57,233 nucleotides of DNA from an uncultured Rhodobiaceae bacterium (GCA_913051715.1 CAJXCG010000001.1:1-57233), one strand, 5' to 3'; positions 9,700 through 20,934 are shown, counted from the first letter of the stretch. The notes: generated by a model not told the origin, from the letters alone. Made by a program: numbers and translations.

Positions 9700-9716
9700 C
9701 GTTAGGAGCTTTTGGC

Positions 9717-10820
9717 ATGCAGGACGAAACCGGCGCGGTTGAAACCCGAATAATGGACGCGATTGCAGCGGCGACAAGCCTGTCGGCGCTGGAAGATGTG
9801 CGCGTCGCGGCGCTGGGCAAAAAGGGCGAAGTTTCGGCATTGCTCAAAACGCTGGGCGGCATGGATACCGATGACCGCCAAAAGCTGGGGCCGGTGTTCA
9901 ATCAGCTTAAAATGCGCGTGACACAGGCCATTCAAAGTCGTCGTGAGGCGCTTGAAGCCGAGGACATGGCGCGGCGTTTGGCGTCGGAAACGCTCGATAT
10001 GACTTTGCCGGTCAACACCGACCCGCAATTTGACGGGCGTATTCATCCGGTGAGCCAGACCATGGAAGAGCTTTCGGCCATATTCGCCGGCATGGGCTTT
10101 GATGTGGCCGAAGGCCCCGACATTGAAAGCGGGTTTTACAATTTCACCGCGCTGAATATTCCCGATGCCCACCCCGCGCGGCAAATGCATGATACGTTTT
10201 ATTTGACGGCGGAAGAAGACGGCGAACCGCTATTGCTGCGCACGCATACAAGCCCCGTGCAGGTGCGGACCATGCAAGCGGGCGACCCGCCATTTCGGTT
10301 TATTGCGCCCGGGCGCACCTATCGTTGCGACAGCGACCAGACGCACACGCCAATGTTCCATCAGATCGAAGGGCTGGTGGTCGACGAGACCACGCATATG
10401 GGGCATTTGAAATATACGCTGGAAGCGTTTTTGACGGCGTTTTTCGAAGTCGATAATGTCGCCATCCGCTTCCGCCCGAGTTATTTCCCGTTTACCGAGC
10501 CGAGCATGGAAGTGGACATGCGCTGCCATCGCGACGGCGACAAGCTGGTGGTCGGCGCGGGCGATGACTGGATGGAAATTGGCGGCAGCGGCATGGTCAA
10601 CCCGCATGTGCTGACCCATGCCGGCATTGACGCGACAAAATATCAGGGCTTTGCCTTCGGCATGGGCATTGACCGGCTGGCCATGCTGAAATATGGCATG
10701 CCCGATTTGCGCGCCTTTTTCGGGGCTGATTTGCGCTGGCTGAAACATTACGGATTTTTGCCGATCGACGTGCCCGGGCTGGCCGGAGGGCTGTCCAATA
10801 AATCGCTGGCGGCGAAATAG
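9717..10820 (+). CDS. pheS: phenylalanine--tRNA ligase alpha subunit
   Basis: 367-aa ORF with class II aaRS motifs ([48 protein letters not shown]). Confidence 0.95.
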   Translation: MQDETGAVETRIMDAIAAATSLSALEDVRVAALGKKGEVSALLKTLGGMDTDDRQKLGPVFNQLKMRVTQAIQSRREALEAEDMARRLASETLDMTLPVNTDPQFDGRIHPVSQTMEELSAIFAGMGFDVAEGPDIESGFYNFTALNIPDAHPARQMHDTFYLTAEEDGEPLLLRTHTSPVQVRTMQAGDPPFRFIAPGRTYRCDSDQTHTPMFHQIEGLVVDETTHMGHLKYTLEAFLTAFFEVDNVAIRFRPSYFPFTEPSMEVDMRCHRDGDKLVVGAGDDWMEIGGSGMVNPHVLTHAGIDATKYQGFAFGMGIDRLAMLKYGMPDLRAFFGADLRWLKHYGFLPIDVPGLAGGLSNKSLAAK

Positions 10821-10828
10821 GGGGCAGT

Positions 10829-13246
10829 ATGAAATTCACGCTCTCCTGGCTCAAAGACCATCTCGACACCGCCGCCACACTCGAAGAAATAACCGATAAG
10901 CTGACGCTGATCGGGCTGGAGGTCGAGGCGCTGGCTGACCCGTCGGAAATTTTTGCCAATTTTGAAGTGGCTGAGATTATCGCCACCGCACCCCATCCCG
11001 AAGCTGACCGCCTGCAAATTTGCACCGTCAAGAGCGGCGGCGGCGAGCAGCAACTCGTTTGCGGCGCGCCCAATGCGCGCGCTGGTCTGGTGGGCATTTT
11101 GGCTCAAGAAGGCGCGGTCATCCCGGCGAGCGGCATGGTGCTGGGCAAGGCCAAAATTCGCGGTGTTGAAAGCCGGGGCATGATGTGTTCGGGTGCCGAG
11201 CTTGGCCTGAATGACGACCATGACGGCATTATCGAATTGGACGCGGGGGCTGAAATCGGCAGCTCGGCAGCAATGGCACTCGGGCTTGATGACCCGATGA
11301 TCGAAATTGCCATCACGCCCAACCGACCCGATTGTCTGGGCGTACGCGGCATTGCGCGCGATCTGGCGGCCGCCGGATTGGGCAAGCTGAAAGCCGATAC
11401 AACAAGCCCCATTAAAGCGGAAAAACAGGGCGGCACACCGATTGAAGTGAGCGGTGAAAGCTGCCCGGTTTTCGCCGGATGCCGCATTGAGGGGGTCAAA
11501 AACGGGCCAAGTCCCGACTGGTTGCGCGCGCGCCTGACGGCCATCGGGCTGAAACCGATCAGCGCGCTTGTCGATATCACCAATTATATTTCCTATGACC
11601 GCGGGCGTCCGCTTCATGTCTACGACGCTGACACGCTGAGCGGTACGGTGCAGGCGCGCCAAGCCAAGGCGGGCGAAAGTTTTGTGGCGCTCGATGAAGA
11701 AACTTATGAGCTGCGTGAAACCGACTGCGTTATTGCTGATGATAAGGGTGTGCTGGGTCTGGCCGGTATTATGGGGGGATTGGCCTCAGGCAGCACGCTT
11801 GAAACCAAAAATGTGCTGGTCGAAAGCGCATGGTTCGAGCCGGTCGCCATTGCGCTTTCGGGTCGCCACCACAATATTGACAGTGATGCGCGCTATCGTT
11901 TTGAGCGCGGTGTCGACCCCGTCTCGGTCGAAACGGGGTTGGCGCTGGCGGTGCAGATGATTACCGAGATTTGCGGCGGCACTGTGCGCGCTCCGGTGAC
12001 AGCGGGCGCAGTACCCGACAGCAAAAAGACTGTGGCCTTTGACCCGGCGCGCGTGCACCAGCTTACCGGTCTGGCGATTGGCGAGGCTGACATGCAAGCC
12101 ATCCTCACCCAACTGGGCTTTGAGGTGAAAACCGGTACGCCATGGCAGGTCGGCGTACCGAGCTGGCGCCCCGACATTGATGACGCCACGCAGGGCGCAG
12201 ATATTGTTGAAGAAATTATCCGCATTTACGGGCTGGACGAAGTGCCCGCAACGCCCCTGCCGCAAACCGCCGGCGTTGTCCGGCCAAGCCTCACATTGGC
12301 ACAACGCCGCGCCGGTTTGATGCGGCGCGCGCTGGCCGGACGCGGATTGGTGGAGGCGGTCACCTGGTCGTTCATATCCGAAGATCAAGCCGCTGCGTTT
12401 AACGTTGCGGCAGGGTTGGAGCTTGCCAATCCGATTTCTGCCGATCTCAGTCATATGCGCCCCTCGCTGCTGCCCGGGCTGATGGATGCCGCGCAAAAAA
12501 ACGCCGATCGCGGCGCGCGGGTCATAAGCCTGTTTGAATTGGGTCACACGTTTGAGGCGGCACTGCCGGGCGCGCAGCGTTTTGCGGCGGCTGGCATACG
12601 CGCCGGATTGGGCGGCGTGAAAACATGGGATGCGCCCGCGCGCGCGGTCGATGCCTATGCAGCGCGCGCCGATGCCGAAGCTGCGCTTGCGGCGTGTGGG
12701 GTGGCGGGCGATAATTTGCAGGTTTTGCCGATTGAAGCGACCGACGGCGCTGATATTTATCATCCCGGGCGTTCCGGCGTTTTGGCCCGCAATCCCCGCG
12801 AGCCGATGGCCATGTTTGGCGAATTGCATCCCGCGCTTCTGGCACGCTTCGATATCGATATACCAATGGTGGCTTTCGAGGTATGGCCCGAAACCGTACC
12901 GACACCCAAAGCACCCAAACAGGCTGGTACAGATATCGCGCGCCCGGCGCTGGCGCTGTCCAATCTGCAAATGGTACGGCGCGATTTTGCCTTTGAGGTG
13001 GAAAGTGCAGTTCCGGCAGCCGATATTGTGCGCGCGGCGCGCGGTGCTGAGAAAAAGCTCATCACACAAGTGCGCGTTTTTGATGTGTTTGAGGGCGGAC
13101 AGTTGGGCGACGGCATGAAATCTGTCGGGCTGGAGGTTAGCCTGCAACCGACGCAAGCGACCCTGACCGATGCCGAGATTGAAGCCGTGTGTGAAAAAGT
13201 GACGGCGGCTGTGGTCAAAGCCACGGGCGGTCGGTTGCGCGGCTGA
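10829..13246 (+). CDS. pheT: phenylalanine--tRNA ligase beta subunit
   Basis: 805-aa ORF starting MKFTLSWLKDHLDT. It has a tRNA-binding domain, B3/4 and B5 domains and a C-terminal FDX-ACB-like region. Confidence 0.95.
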   Translation: MKFTLSWLKDHLDTAATLEEITDKLTLIGLEVEALADPSEIFANFEVAEIIATAPHPEADRLQICTVKSGGGEQQLVCGAPNARAGLVGILAQEGAVIPASGMVLGKAKIRGVESRGMMCSGAELGLNDDHDGIIELDAGAEIGSSAAMALGLDDPMIEIAITPNRPDCLGVRGIARDLAAAGLGKLKADTTSPIKAEKQGGTPIEVSGESCPVFAGCRIEGVKNGPSPDWLRARLTAIGLKPISALVDITNYISYDRGRPLHVYDADTLSGTVQARQAKAGESFVALDEETYELRETDCVIADDKGVLGLAGIMGGLASGSTLETKNVLVESAWFEPVAIALSGRHHNIDSDARYRFERGVDPVSVETGLALAVQMITEICGGTVRAPVTAGAVPDSKKTVAFDPARVHQLTGLAIGEADMQAILTQLGFEVKTGTPWQVGVPSWRPDIDDATQGADIVEEIIRIYGLDEVPATPLPQTAGVVRPSLTLAQRRAGLMRRALAGRGLVEAVTWSFISEDQAAAFNVAAGLELANPISADLSHMRPSLLPGLMDAAQKNADRGARVISLFELGHTFEAALPGAQRFAAAGIRAGLGGVKTWDAPARAVDAYAARADAEAALAACGVAGDNLQVLPIEATDGADIYHPGRSGVLARNPREPMAMFGELHPALLARFDIDIPMVAFEVWPETVPTPKAPKQAGTDIARPALALSNLQMVRRDFAFEVESAVPAADIVRAARGAEKKLITQVRVFDVFEGGQLGDGMKSVGLEVSLQPTQATLTDAEIEAVCEKVTAAVVKATGGRLRG

Positions 13247-13312
13247 GCGGGTGATTTTTCCCCTGCATTTTGACGCATTGGCGAATACGCCCGCCAGTGT
13301 TATAGGGCTTGT

Positions 13313-15112
13313 ATGAGCGTTCAGAAAAATATCCGCAATTTTGCGATTATCGCGCATATCGACCACGGCAAGTCGACGCTTGCCGACCGCTTGATCCAAA
13401 TTACGGGCGGGCTGTCGACGCGCGAAATGCAGGAGCAAGTGCTGGATAATATGGAATTGGAGCGCGAGCGCGGCATCACCATTAAGGCGCAGACCGTCCG
13501 GCTCGACTATGAAGCCAGCGACGGGCAGACCTATCAGCTCAATTTGATCGACACACCCGGCCATGTCGATTTTGCTTATGAGGTGAACCGCTCGCTGGCG
13601 GCGTGTGAGGGCTCGCTTCTGGTGGTAGATGCCAGCCAGGGCGTCGAGGCTCAGACCCTTGCCAATGTCTATCAGGCGATTGAGGTAGACCACGAGATTG
13701 TGCCTGTGTTGAACAAGGTTGATCTGCCCGCTGCGGACTGCCCGCGCGTGTGCGGACAAATCGAAGATGTTATCGGGCTGGACACGGCGGGTGCTGTTAA
13801 TATTTCGGCCAAAACCGGGCTGGGTGTCGATGATGTGCTGGAGGCGATTGTTACACAATTACCGGCACCGGACGGCGATGCCGATGCGCCGCTCAAGGCC
13901 ATGCTGGTCGATAGCTGGTACGACGCTTATCTGGGCGTGGTGGTGCTGGTGCGGGTCATTGACGGCACGCTGAAAAAGGGTCAAAAAATTCGCATGATGT
14001 CGACCGGAGCCACGCATCTAGTCGACCAAGTCGGCGTGTTTCGGCCAAAGCGCGAAACGGTAAGCGATCTTGGCCCCGGTGAAATCGGCTATTTCACGGC
14101 CGCGATCAAACAAGTGGCGGACACGCGCGTCGGCGATACGGTGACGGAAGACCGTGCGCCTTGTGCCGATATTCTGGACGGGTTCAAGCCGTCCCAGCCT
14201 GTGGTTTTCTGCGGGCTGTTTCCGACGGACTCAAGCCAGTTCGAGGATTTGCGCGAGGCCATGGCGAAACTGCGGCTCAATGATGCGAGTTTCGATTATG
14301 AAATGGAAACCAGCGCGGCGCTGGGTTTTGGTTTTCGCTGCGGTTTTTTGGGGCTTTTGCATCTGGAAATTATCCGCGAGCGCATCGAGCGCGAGTTTGA
14401 TATCGACCTGATTACCACCGCGCCGTCGGTGGTTTACCACCTGCATATGAATGACGGGTCGATGGTTGAATTGCATAACCCCGCCGACATGCCCGATATT
14501 GTTAAAATTGACCATATTGACGAGCCGTGGATTGACGCCTCGATATTGGTGCCGGATGAATATTTGGGCGCGGTGTTGAAACTGTGCGAAGATCGCCGCG
14601 GTCGGCAAAAAAATCTGAGCTATGCCGGGTCGCGCGCCATGCTGGAATATGCGCTGCCGCTCAATGAGGTGGTGTTTGACTTTTACGACCGTTTGAAATC
14701 AGCCACACGCGGCTATGCCAGTTTCGATTACCAACTAAGCGCATATAAAACCGGCGATCTCGTTAAAATGTCCATTCTCGTCAATGCCGAGCCGGTGGAT
14801 GCGTTATCAACGATTGTGCATCGTGAGCGTGCGGAAATGCGCGGACGCGCCATGTGCGAGCGGCTGAAAGATCTGATCCCGCGCCATTTGTTCAAAATTC
14901 CCATTCAAGCGGCCCTTGGCGGCAAAATCATTGCGCGCGAAACCATCGCTGCGCTGCGAAAAGATGTGACCGCCAAATGCTATGGCGGCGATGTCAGCCG
15001 CAAGCGCAAACTGCTCGACAAGCAAAAAGAAGGCAAAAAGAAAATGCGTCAATTCGGCAAGGTTGACATTCCCCAAGACGCGTTTATTTCCGCGCTCAAA
15101 ATGGATGATTAA
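13313..15112 (+). CDS. lepA: elongation factor 4 (LepA)
   Basis: 599-aa ORF with [29 protein letters not shown] and NKVDLP GTPase motifs and the LepA-specific C-terminal domain. Confidence 0.95.
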   Translation: MSVQKNIRNFAIIAHIDHGKSTLADRLIQITGGLSTREMQEQVLDNMELERERGITIKAQTVRLDYEASDGQTYQLNLIDTPGHVDFAYEVNRSLAACEGSLLVVDASQGVEAQTLANVYQAIEVDHEIVPVLNKVDLPAADCPRVCGQIEDVIGLDTAGAVNISAKTGLGVDDVLEAIVTQLPAPDGDADAPLKAMLVDSWYDAYLGVVVLVRVIDGTLKKGQKIRMMSTGATHLVDQVGVFRPKRETVSDLGPGEIGYFTAAIKQVADTRVGDTVTEDRAPCADILDGFKPSQPVVFCGLFPTDSSQFEDLREAMAKLRLNDASFDYEMETSAALGFGFRCGFLGLLHLEIIRERIEREFDIDLITTAPSVVYHLHMNDGSMVELHNPADMPDIVKIDHIDEPWIDASILVPDEYLGAVLKLCEDRRGRQKNLSYAGSRAMLEYALPLNEVVFDFYDRLKSATRGYASFDYQLSAYKTGDLVKMSILVNAEPVDALSTIVHRERAEMRGRAMCERLKDLIPRHLFKIPIQAALGGKIIARETIAALRKDVTAKCYGGDVSRKRKLLDKQKEGKKKMRQFGKVDIPQDAFISALKMDD

Positions 15113-15256
15113 GCGCATCATCGCTTGTTTTCACGCGATGGGCGGTTATATTCGCCTTTCTGGACAGGTGGCCGACGCTATAAGGGCTTGGTGAACGCAT
15201 GTGAGCCGCAGCCCGCCTTGCGATAGGGCGTAGTGGTGTTGGGTTCCTGACCAAAC

Positions 15257-15346
15257 GGACAGGTGGCCGAGTGGCTGAAGGCGCACGCTTGGAAAGCGTG
15301 TAGGCGTTAACGCGTCTCGAGGGTTCGAATCCCTCTCTGTCCGCCA
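15257..15346 (+). tRNA. tRNA-Ser (anticodon GGA), 90 nt, class II, encoded CCA
   Basis: GGACAGGTGGCCGAGTGG..., anticodon arm CACGC-TTGGAAA-GCGTG, long variable arm, T arm GAGGG-TTCGAAT-CCCTC. The acceptor stem pairs, with one G-U pair. Confidence 0.9.
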
Positions 15347-15411
15347 TTTTTGACGCGTCGCATGGAGCCCATAAAGGGGCGCGATGGCGGTTCGTATATT
15401 GGGAGAGCAAA

Positions 15412-17583
15412 ATGACACAGCGCACCACACTGGCAGGCCTTCAAATTGACACGCAGCTTGCGGATTTCATCGCAAACGAAGCTGTCGTCGAAACCGATAT
15501 CACAGCGGATGCTTTCTGGGCCGCGGCGGCTGAAATTATCACCGCGCATCGCGATACGAACAAAGCATTGCTCGCCAAGCGCGATGCGTTGCAGGCCAAA
15601 ATTGACGCATGGCATCAAGACCGCAAAGGCCAGCCGCATGACGCTGGCGACTATCGCGCCTTTCTCGAAGAGATCGGCTATCTGGTACCCGAAGGGCCGG
15701 ATTTCCAGATTGAAACGGCCAATGTCGATCCTGAAATTGCCAAAATTGCCGGCCCGCAGCTTGTCGTGCCGGTGAAAAATGCGCGTTTTGCCGTTAACGC
15801 CGCCAATGCGCGCTGGGGCAGTTTGTATGACGCGTTTTACGGCACGGATATTATTCCTCAAGACGGCGATTTGGCCCCCATTGGCAGCTATAACCCGACG
15901 CGCGGTGCAGAAGTTATCCGCCGCGCCAAGGCGCTGCTCGACGAAATTGCCCCGCTTGCGGGCGCGTCGCATGCCGATGTAACGGCCTATGCGATTGTCG
16001 AGGGTGCGTTGGTTGCCACCCATGCGGGCGGGTCGGCCGGCCTTGCCGCCCCGAAACAATGCGTCGGCTATCAGGGCGCGGCCAGCGCGCCGTCGGCGGT
16101 TTTGCTGAAAAACAATGATTTGCATGTCGAGATCATGATCGACGCCGCACATAATATCGGCAAGGACGACCCCGCCCATGTTGCCGATGTCATGATGGAA
16201 TCGGCTGTCACCACGATTATGGATTGCGAAGACAGTGTCGCCGCCGTGGACGGCGAAGACAAAGTGGAAGCCTATCGCAACCTCTTGGGCCTTTTCAGAC
16301 GCGACATCAGCGTGTCGATGCAAAAGGGCGGTCGCGAAATGGTTCGCAAACTCAGCGACAATCGCAGCTATCACGATCTGGCGGGCGGTCAGTTCACGCT
16401 TCCCGGCCTGTCGACCATGCTGGTCCGCAATGTTGGTCATTTGATGACCAATCCGGCGATTTTGGACGATCGCGGCGATGAAGTGCCCGAAGGGATTATG
16501 GACGCGCTGGTCACCGGTCTGCTTGCCAAGCATGATTTGGGCAAAACCGACGCCGCGCTGAAAAACAGTCCGGCCGGGTCGGTCTATATTGTGAAACCGA
16601 AAATGCACGGGCCCGAAGAAGTGGCCTTTACCGATACGCTGTTTGCCAGTGTCGAGACCGCGCTCGGTCTGCCGGCGCTAACCCTGAAAATGGGCATTAT
16701 GGATGAAGAACGCCGCACCACGGTTAATCTGAAAGAATGTATTCGCGCGGCCAAGCAGCGGGTGATTTTCATCAATACCGGCTTTCTTGACCGCACGGGC
16801 GATGAAATTCATACCTCGATGGAAATGGGGCCGATGATCCGCAAGGCGGAAATGAAAGCCTCGGGCTGGCTCAATGCCTATGAAGACTGGAATGTCGATA
16901 TCGGGCTGGCGTGTGGCCTTCAAGGGCGCGCGCAAATCGGCAAGGGCATGTGGGCCATGCCGGATTTGATGGCCGATATGCTGGAACAAAAAATCGGCCA
17001 GCCGCGCGCCGGTGCCGATTGTGCCTGGGCACCTTCACCGACGGCGGCAACGGTGCATGCCATTCATTATCACCGCGTCGATGTTGAGGCCGTTCAAAAT
17101 GATTTGAAAGCGCGCCAACGTGCGCCATTGGAAACGATTTTGTCGATGCCGGTTGAAACCCGTCCGCAATGGAGCCCGGAAGATATTCAGCAGGAATTGG
17201 ACAATAACGCGCAAGGTATTCTGGGCTATGTGGTGCGCTGGATCGACCAAGGCGTGGGGTGCTCAAAAGTCCCCGACATTCACGATGTCGGCCTTATGGA
17301 AGACCGAGCGACACTGCGTATTTCGAGCCAGCATATCGCCAACTGGCTGCATCATGATATTTGCACCGAAGATCAGGTTATGGCGACGATGAAGCGCATG
17401 GCGCTGGTGGTCGACGAGCAAAATGCGGACGATCCGGCCTACACGCCCATGTCGGAAGATTTTGAGGGGTCGATTGCTTTTGCTGCGGCGTGCGATTTGA
17501 TTTTCAAAGGGCGCGCGCAACCAAGCGGGTATACCGAGCCGCTTTTGCACGCGCGTCGTCTGGAATATAAAGCGCGCGGCTAA
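15412..17583 (+). CDS. glcB: malate synthase G
   Basis: 723-aa ORF. Its length and sequence (e.g. [38 protein letters not shown]) match the malate synthase G family. Confidence 0.95.
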   Translation: MTQRTTLAGLQIDTQLADFIANEAVVETDITADAFWAAAAEIITAHRDTNKALLAKRDALQAKIDAWHQDRKGQPHDAGDYRAFLEEIGYLVPEGPDFQIETANVDPEIAKIAGPQLVVPVKNARFAVNAANARWGSLYDAFYGTDIIPQDGDLAPIGSYNPTRGAEVIRRAKALLDEIAPLAGASHADVTAYAIVEGALVATHAGGSAGLAAPKQCVGYQGAASAPSAVLLKNNDLHVEIMIDAAHNIGKDDPAHVADVMMESAVTTIMDCEDSVAAVDGEDKVEAYRNLLGLFRRDISVSMQKGGREMVRKLSDNRSYHDLAGGQFTLPGLSTMLVRNVGHLMTNPAILDDRGDEVPEGIMDALVTGLLAKHDLGKTDAALKNSPAGSVYIVKPKMHGPEEVAFTDTLFASVETALGLPALTLKMGIMDEERRTTVNLKECIRAAKQRVIFINTGFLDRTGDEIHTSMEMGPMIRKAEMKASGWLNAYEDWNVDIGLACGLQGRAQIGKGMWAMPDLMADMLEQKIGQPRAGADCAWAPSPTAATVHAIHYHRVDVEAVQNDLKARQRAPLETILSMPVETRPQWSPEDIQQELDNNAQGILGYVVRWIDQGVGCSKVPDIHDVGLMEDRATLRISSQHIANWLHHDICTEDQVMATMKRMALVVDEQNADDPAYTPMSEDFEGSIAFAAACDLIFKGRAQPSGYTEPLLHARRLEYKARG

Positions 17584-18032
17584 TTTTGCCCGCGCGCTTT
17601 GAGCGCGGAATAAACATAGCCCGCAATGGCTCCCGACAGGCACAGGGCGATAAAGCCGTCCATGTCACGGGCTGCGCCAATCGGTGTGATCTCGAACAAG
17701 GCTTTGAGCGCAAACAAGGTCACGCCGACGCCGGTAAAGCCGCCCAGTGCATGGGCCACATGTGGCAGAATTTTTACCCAGCGGGCGATCACGCCAGTGA
17801 TCGGCATGGCGATCAAAAACCCGAAACCGAAAATTGCCGCCACCAGCGACAGACCGCCGACCATATCTTGAACCGTTGTCGCCAACCGATCGGCAAACGG
17901 CACGTTGAGCCCGAGCGCGGTAAGCTCGGCAAGATTAAATTGCGTGGCTGTGAAAATGAACAAAAAGACCAGCATGACCCAGCCCACAATGAAGGCCAGC
18001 AAGGTTTGTCGGCGCGGTAAAATATTTTTCAT
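17580..18032 (-). CDS. hypothetical small integral membrane protein (about 4 TM helices)
   Basis: 150-aa hydrophobic ORF. The ATG at 18032 is preceded by GGAG. I recognise no family signature. The stop overlaps the glcB stop by 4 nt (CTAA). Confidence 0.5.
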   Translation of the reverse strand: MKNILPRRQTLLAFIVGWVMLVFLFIFTATQFNLAELTALGLNVPFADRLATTVQDMVGGLSLVAAIFGFGFLIAMPITGVIARWVKILPHVAHALGGFTGVGVTLFALKALFEITPIGAARDMDGFIALCLSGAIAGYVYSALKARGQN

Positions 18033-18080
18033 TCTTAAATCTCCAAAAGCTAATAGACTATAGCCGTCCGGGCCATTGAG

Positions 18081-18110
18081 TTGCAATGTTGGCGCTGCGC
18101 CAGTTATACT
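18081..18110 (+). promoter_or_regulatory. candidate sigma70-type promoter for the sugar dehydrogenase gene
   Basis: TTGCAA (18081-18086), 18-nt spacer, TATACT (18105-18110), 27 nt upstream of the ATG at 18138. Pattern match only. Confidence 0.3.
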
Positions 18111-18137
18111 AAAATTTGAGATATCAGGAAAAAAACC

Positions 18138-19259
18138 ATGAAAACTGTACTTAAACTCGCCTTATTGTGCTGGGCAGGGATGACCGGCTTTACGGTTCAA
18201 AATGCATCTGCAACTGACTACACGTTGGAAGAAGTGGTCAACGGCCTCGACATGCCATGGGGCATCGCGTTTTTGCCCGATGGCGACATGCTGGTGACCG
18301 AATTGTCCGGACAATTACGTATGATCCGAGAGGGTGAACTTGTGTCCCGGCCGGTCGCGGGCGTGCCGGAAAGTTTTTATGCCGGCCAGGGCGGATTGAT
18401 GGATGTGCGTCTGCACCCTGATTTTGCGACCAATAATCTTGTCTATTTGTCGCTGGCGGTTGGTGACCGGGCGAGCAATGCGCTGCGCGTGATACGCGGG
18501 CGTTTTGACGGCACGGATTTGCAAGATGTGGAAACCGTATTCGAAGCAGCCCCAGCCAAAGACACAGCCGTTCATTATGGCGGGCGCATGACTTTTCTGC
18601 CCGATAATACGCTTTTGGTCGCGGTCGGCGACGGCTTCGATTACCGCGAAGACGCGCAAAACCGCGCCAATCATTTTGGCACGATCGTGCGCGTGTCCGA
18701 CACGGGCAAAGTGCCCGCCGATAATCCGTATGTCGACGACCCTGCCGCGCTGCCCGAAGTGTGGTCATACGGCCACCGCAACCCCCAAAGCATTATTTAC
18801 GATGCGGGCACCGACACGGTTTTCCAGACCGAACACGGGCCGCGCGGGGGCGATGAGTTGAATATTATTGAGCCGGCGAAAAATTATGGTTGGCCGGCCA
18901 TCACCTATGGCATTGATTATTCCGGTCTGCGTATTTCGCCTTACACCTCCTATGAGGGCATGGAACAGCCCTTGGAATATTGGGATCCGTCATTCGGCCC
19001 CAGCGGCATGACGGTTTACCGCGGGCGCGCATTTGCGGAATGGGACGGCGATATTTTCATGACATCGCTTATCTTCAACCATGTAATCCGTGTCGATATG
19101 GATGGTCGCGTTTCGGGGTCGCAGCAAGTCCTGTTTGACGAGATTGGCGAAAGACTGCGCGACATTCGCACCGGGCCTGATGGGGCGCTCTATATTCTGT
19201 CGGAAGGCACGGGCGACGCCGATGGCCGCGTATGGCGGGTGCGGGCGGCAAACCGTTAG
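18138..19259 (+). CDS. PQQ-dependent soluble sugar (aldose/sorbosone) dehydrogenase, secreted
   Basis: 373-aa ORF with a signal peptide and beta-propeller motifs WGIAFLPDGDMLVTE, HYGGRM, GHRNPQ and YGWP, typical of the YliI/sorbosone dehydrogenase family. Confidence 0.85.
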   Translation: MKTVLKLALLCWAGMTGFTVQNASATDYTLEEVVNGLDMPWGIAFLPDGDMLVTELSGQLRMIREGELVSRPVAGVPESFYAGQGGLMDVRLHPDFATNNLVYLSLAVGDRASNALRVIRGRFDGTDLQDVETVFEAAPAKDTAVHYGGRMTFLPDNTLLVAVGDGFDYREDAQNRANHFGTIVRVSDTGKVPADNPYVDDPAALPEVWSYGHRNPQSIIYDAGTDTVFQTEHGPRGGDELNIIEPAKNYGWPAITYGIDYSGLRISPYTSYEGMEQPLEYWDPSFGPSGMTVYRGRAFAEWDGDIFMTSLIFNHVIRVDMDGRVSGSQQVLFDEIGERLRDIRTGPDGALYILSEGTGDADGRVWRVRAANR

Positions 19260-19344
19260 CAGGTTAAATTTTACACCGTCGGGGGGTGGACGCACACCGC
19301 CCCATGGCGTATAACGCGCCGATATTTAGCTGGAGGCATTGAAC

Positions 19345-19524
19345 ATGGCTGTTCCGAAGAGAAAAGTGACGCGGTCGCGCCGCGGCAAGCGCCGGTCTGC
19401 CGATGCGCTGGCCAACCCGACTTATGTCGAAAACCCCGATAGCGGCGAATTGCATCGGCCGCATCATATTGACCTGAAAAGCGGCATGTATCGTGGCCGT
19501 CAGGTGATCGAGCCAAAAGACTGA
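19345..19524 (+). CDS. rpmF: 50S ribosomal protein L32
   Basis: [18 protein letters not shown]... is a canonical L32 N-terminus. GGAGG lies upstream. Confidence 0.9.
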   Translation: MAVPKRKVTRSRRGKRRSADALANPTYVENPDSGELHRPHHIDLKSGMYRGRQVIEPKD

Positions 19525-19546
19525 TCACACTTATCGGTTAAATGAC

Positions 19547-20365
19547 TTAAATGCGCGCGGTAAGAGCCGTGCGTATTTTTTTGGCAATATTTTCGCTTTC
19601 CGGCATTTCTTTCGGCTGAAGAGATGCGGGCACAACTCCCATAACGGCATTGCAGATTATCACCGCCGCGGCTTGTTCGAGGGCTTCACACGTCACCTGT
19701 CCGGTGGCAATACGGGTGCCGCCGACCTCAGACAATGCGAGGATACGCGCGCGGGTAATGCCGGGCAGCGCGCCCTCATCTGTATGCGGTGTCACCAGCG
19801 CGTCCCCGAGCAGGGCGAATATATTGCCCGCCGAAGTGCCCGTGACGCGCCCGTGCTGGTTGACGAGCACAGCGTCATCAGCACCCGCGCCAAGCGCGGC
19901 GCGGCGGGCCAGAATATGGGCGGCATAATTGGTCGACTTAACGGGCGATAAATCCTGCCCCGCTGCTTGCAAAACCCGTGAAAGGTGAAGGCTGACATGG
20001 GCTGGTGGGGTCGGCGCGGGCGCGGTTTGCATCAGCCAGTTCGGGGCAGATGGTGTTATGGGCACCAGCCCGCGCCCGCCATCGCCGCCGGTAACGGTGA
20101 TACGAATGACGCCGCGCGTCGCGGTCGCGGCGTTTTGCGCCAACAAGTCCACCGCCGCAGCGTGCAAGTCTGATGAATTATAGGGTGTTGCAAAGCCGAA
20201 GACGGCACAGGCTTGCCACAATCGCGCCATATGAGCGGCCCAATGTGCGGGTCCGCCATTTTCGACAAGCACGGTCTCAAATACGGCTTCGCCCAGCAGC
20301 AGCCCACGATCATTGGCGGATATGGCCGTCTCAGTATCCGAAAATTTGCCGTTCAGCCATATCAT
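19547..20365 (-). CDS. pabC: aminotransferase class IV protein, probable aminodeoxychorismate lyase
   Basis: 272-aa fold-type IV PLP enzyme (GLLLGEAVFET..., VKSTNY, GITR). It is assigned as ADC lyase because it overlaps the end of pabA in a pabB-pabA-pabC run. Confidence 0.7.
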   Translation of the reverse strand: MIWLNGKFSDTETAISANDRGLLLGEAVFETVLVENGGPAHWAAHMARLWQACAVFGFATPYNSSDLHAAAVDLLAQNAATATRGVIRITVTGGDGGRGLVPITPSAPNWLMQTAPAPTPPAHVSLHLSRVLQAAGQDLSPVKSTNYAAHILARRAALGAGADDAVLVNQHGRVTGTSAGNIFALLGDALVTPHTDEGALPGITRARILALSEVGGTRIATGQVTCEALEQAAAVIICNAVMGVVPASLQPKEMPESENIAKKIRTALTARI

Positions 20366-20934
20366 GCGTGCGCCGTTGCAAGGTTCAGAAAATTCGACAC
20401 GAGCCGGCGCCCTTGCGGGGTCAGCACGGATTCGGGGTGAAATTGTACGCCATAGAGCGGCGCGTTTTTATGCTCCAGCGCCATAATCTCGCCGCTGGCG
20501 CTATGCGCCGTGGCCCTCATGCAGTCCGGCAATTGGGCAACGATAAGGGCGTGGTAGCGTCCGGCGTCAAATGGGTTTGCCAACCCCTCAAACAGCGGCG
20601 TCGCCGCATGTGTCACGGGCGATGCCTTGCCGTGCAGAGGCTCATCGGCCCGGCCCACCGTGCCGCCAAAAGCGGCAGCCATCGCAAGATGCCCCAGACA
20701 CACGCCAAGCATCGGCACGCGATCGGCCAGCAGCTTAATCAAGGGCACCGAAACGCCGGTTGTGGTGGGCCCGCCCGGGCCCGGCGAAAAAATAATGGCG
20801 CGCGGTGCCAGCGCTGCGATGGCGGCTGCGTCCATCTCGTCCTGGTTGATGATGCGGGTGTCAAATCCGGCTTCACGCACATAGCGCGCCAGCGTTTCAA
20901 CGAAGCTGTCGTAATGATCAATGACAAGGATCAT
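20362..20934 (-). CDS. pabA: aminodeoxychorismate/anthranilate synthase component II (glutamine amidotransferase)
   Basis: 190-aa class I GATase starting MILVIDHYDSFV, with PMLGVCLGH (catalytic Cys) and YGVQFHPES. Confidence 0.8.
   Translation of the reverse strand: MILVIDHYDSFVETLARYVREAGFDTRIINQDEMDAAAIAALAPRAIIFSPGPGGPTTTGVSVPLIKLLADRVPMLGVCLGHLAMAAAFGGTVGRADEPLHGKASPVTHAATPLFEGLANPFDAGRYHALIVAQLPDCMRATAHSASGEIMALEHKNAPLYGVQFHPESVLTPQGRRLVSNFLNLATAHA

Noticed and set aside
9618-9716. Phe-codon-rich leader peptide (pheM-like attenuator) upstream of pheS
   Set aside because: The only small reading frame across the spacer (…[18 protein letters not shown]) contains no run of Phe codons, and the hairpin lacks a U-tract. 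A classical Phe attenuator is therefore not supported. The repeat/hairpin itself is reported separately as a low-confidence structure.
11786-13858. 690-aa minus-strand ORF spanning the 3' part of pheT, the pheT-lepA spacer and the 5' part of lepA
   Set aside because: It is antisense to two unmistakable conserved genes. Its codon boundaries are in phase with both: 11786, 10829 and 13313 are all congruent to 2 mod 3. Stops in that antisense frame would need the sense codons TTA, CTA or TCA, which are rare in these genes. It is therefore a classic shadow ORF. The translation is low-information (R/A/G/H-rich) with no recognisable motif.
15307-16608. 433-aa minus-strand ORF antisense to malate synthase G. 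Similar long antisense ORFs lie at 10748-11662, 20173-21132, 22649-23491, 31440-32720, 35648-36352, 36602-37372, 52715-53566 and 53689-54411.
   Set aside because: Each lies opposite a confidently identified gene. For the two I checked (15307..16608 opposite glcB and 20173..21132 opposite pabA) the ORF is in codon phase with that gene, as for pheT/lepA, and I did not check the others. All have arginine/alanine/glycine-rich compositions without family motifs or ribosome-binding sites.
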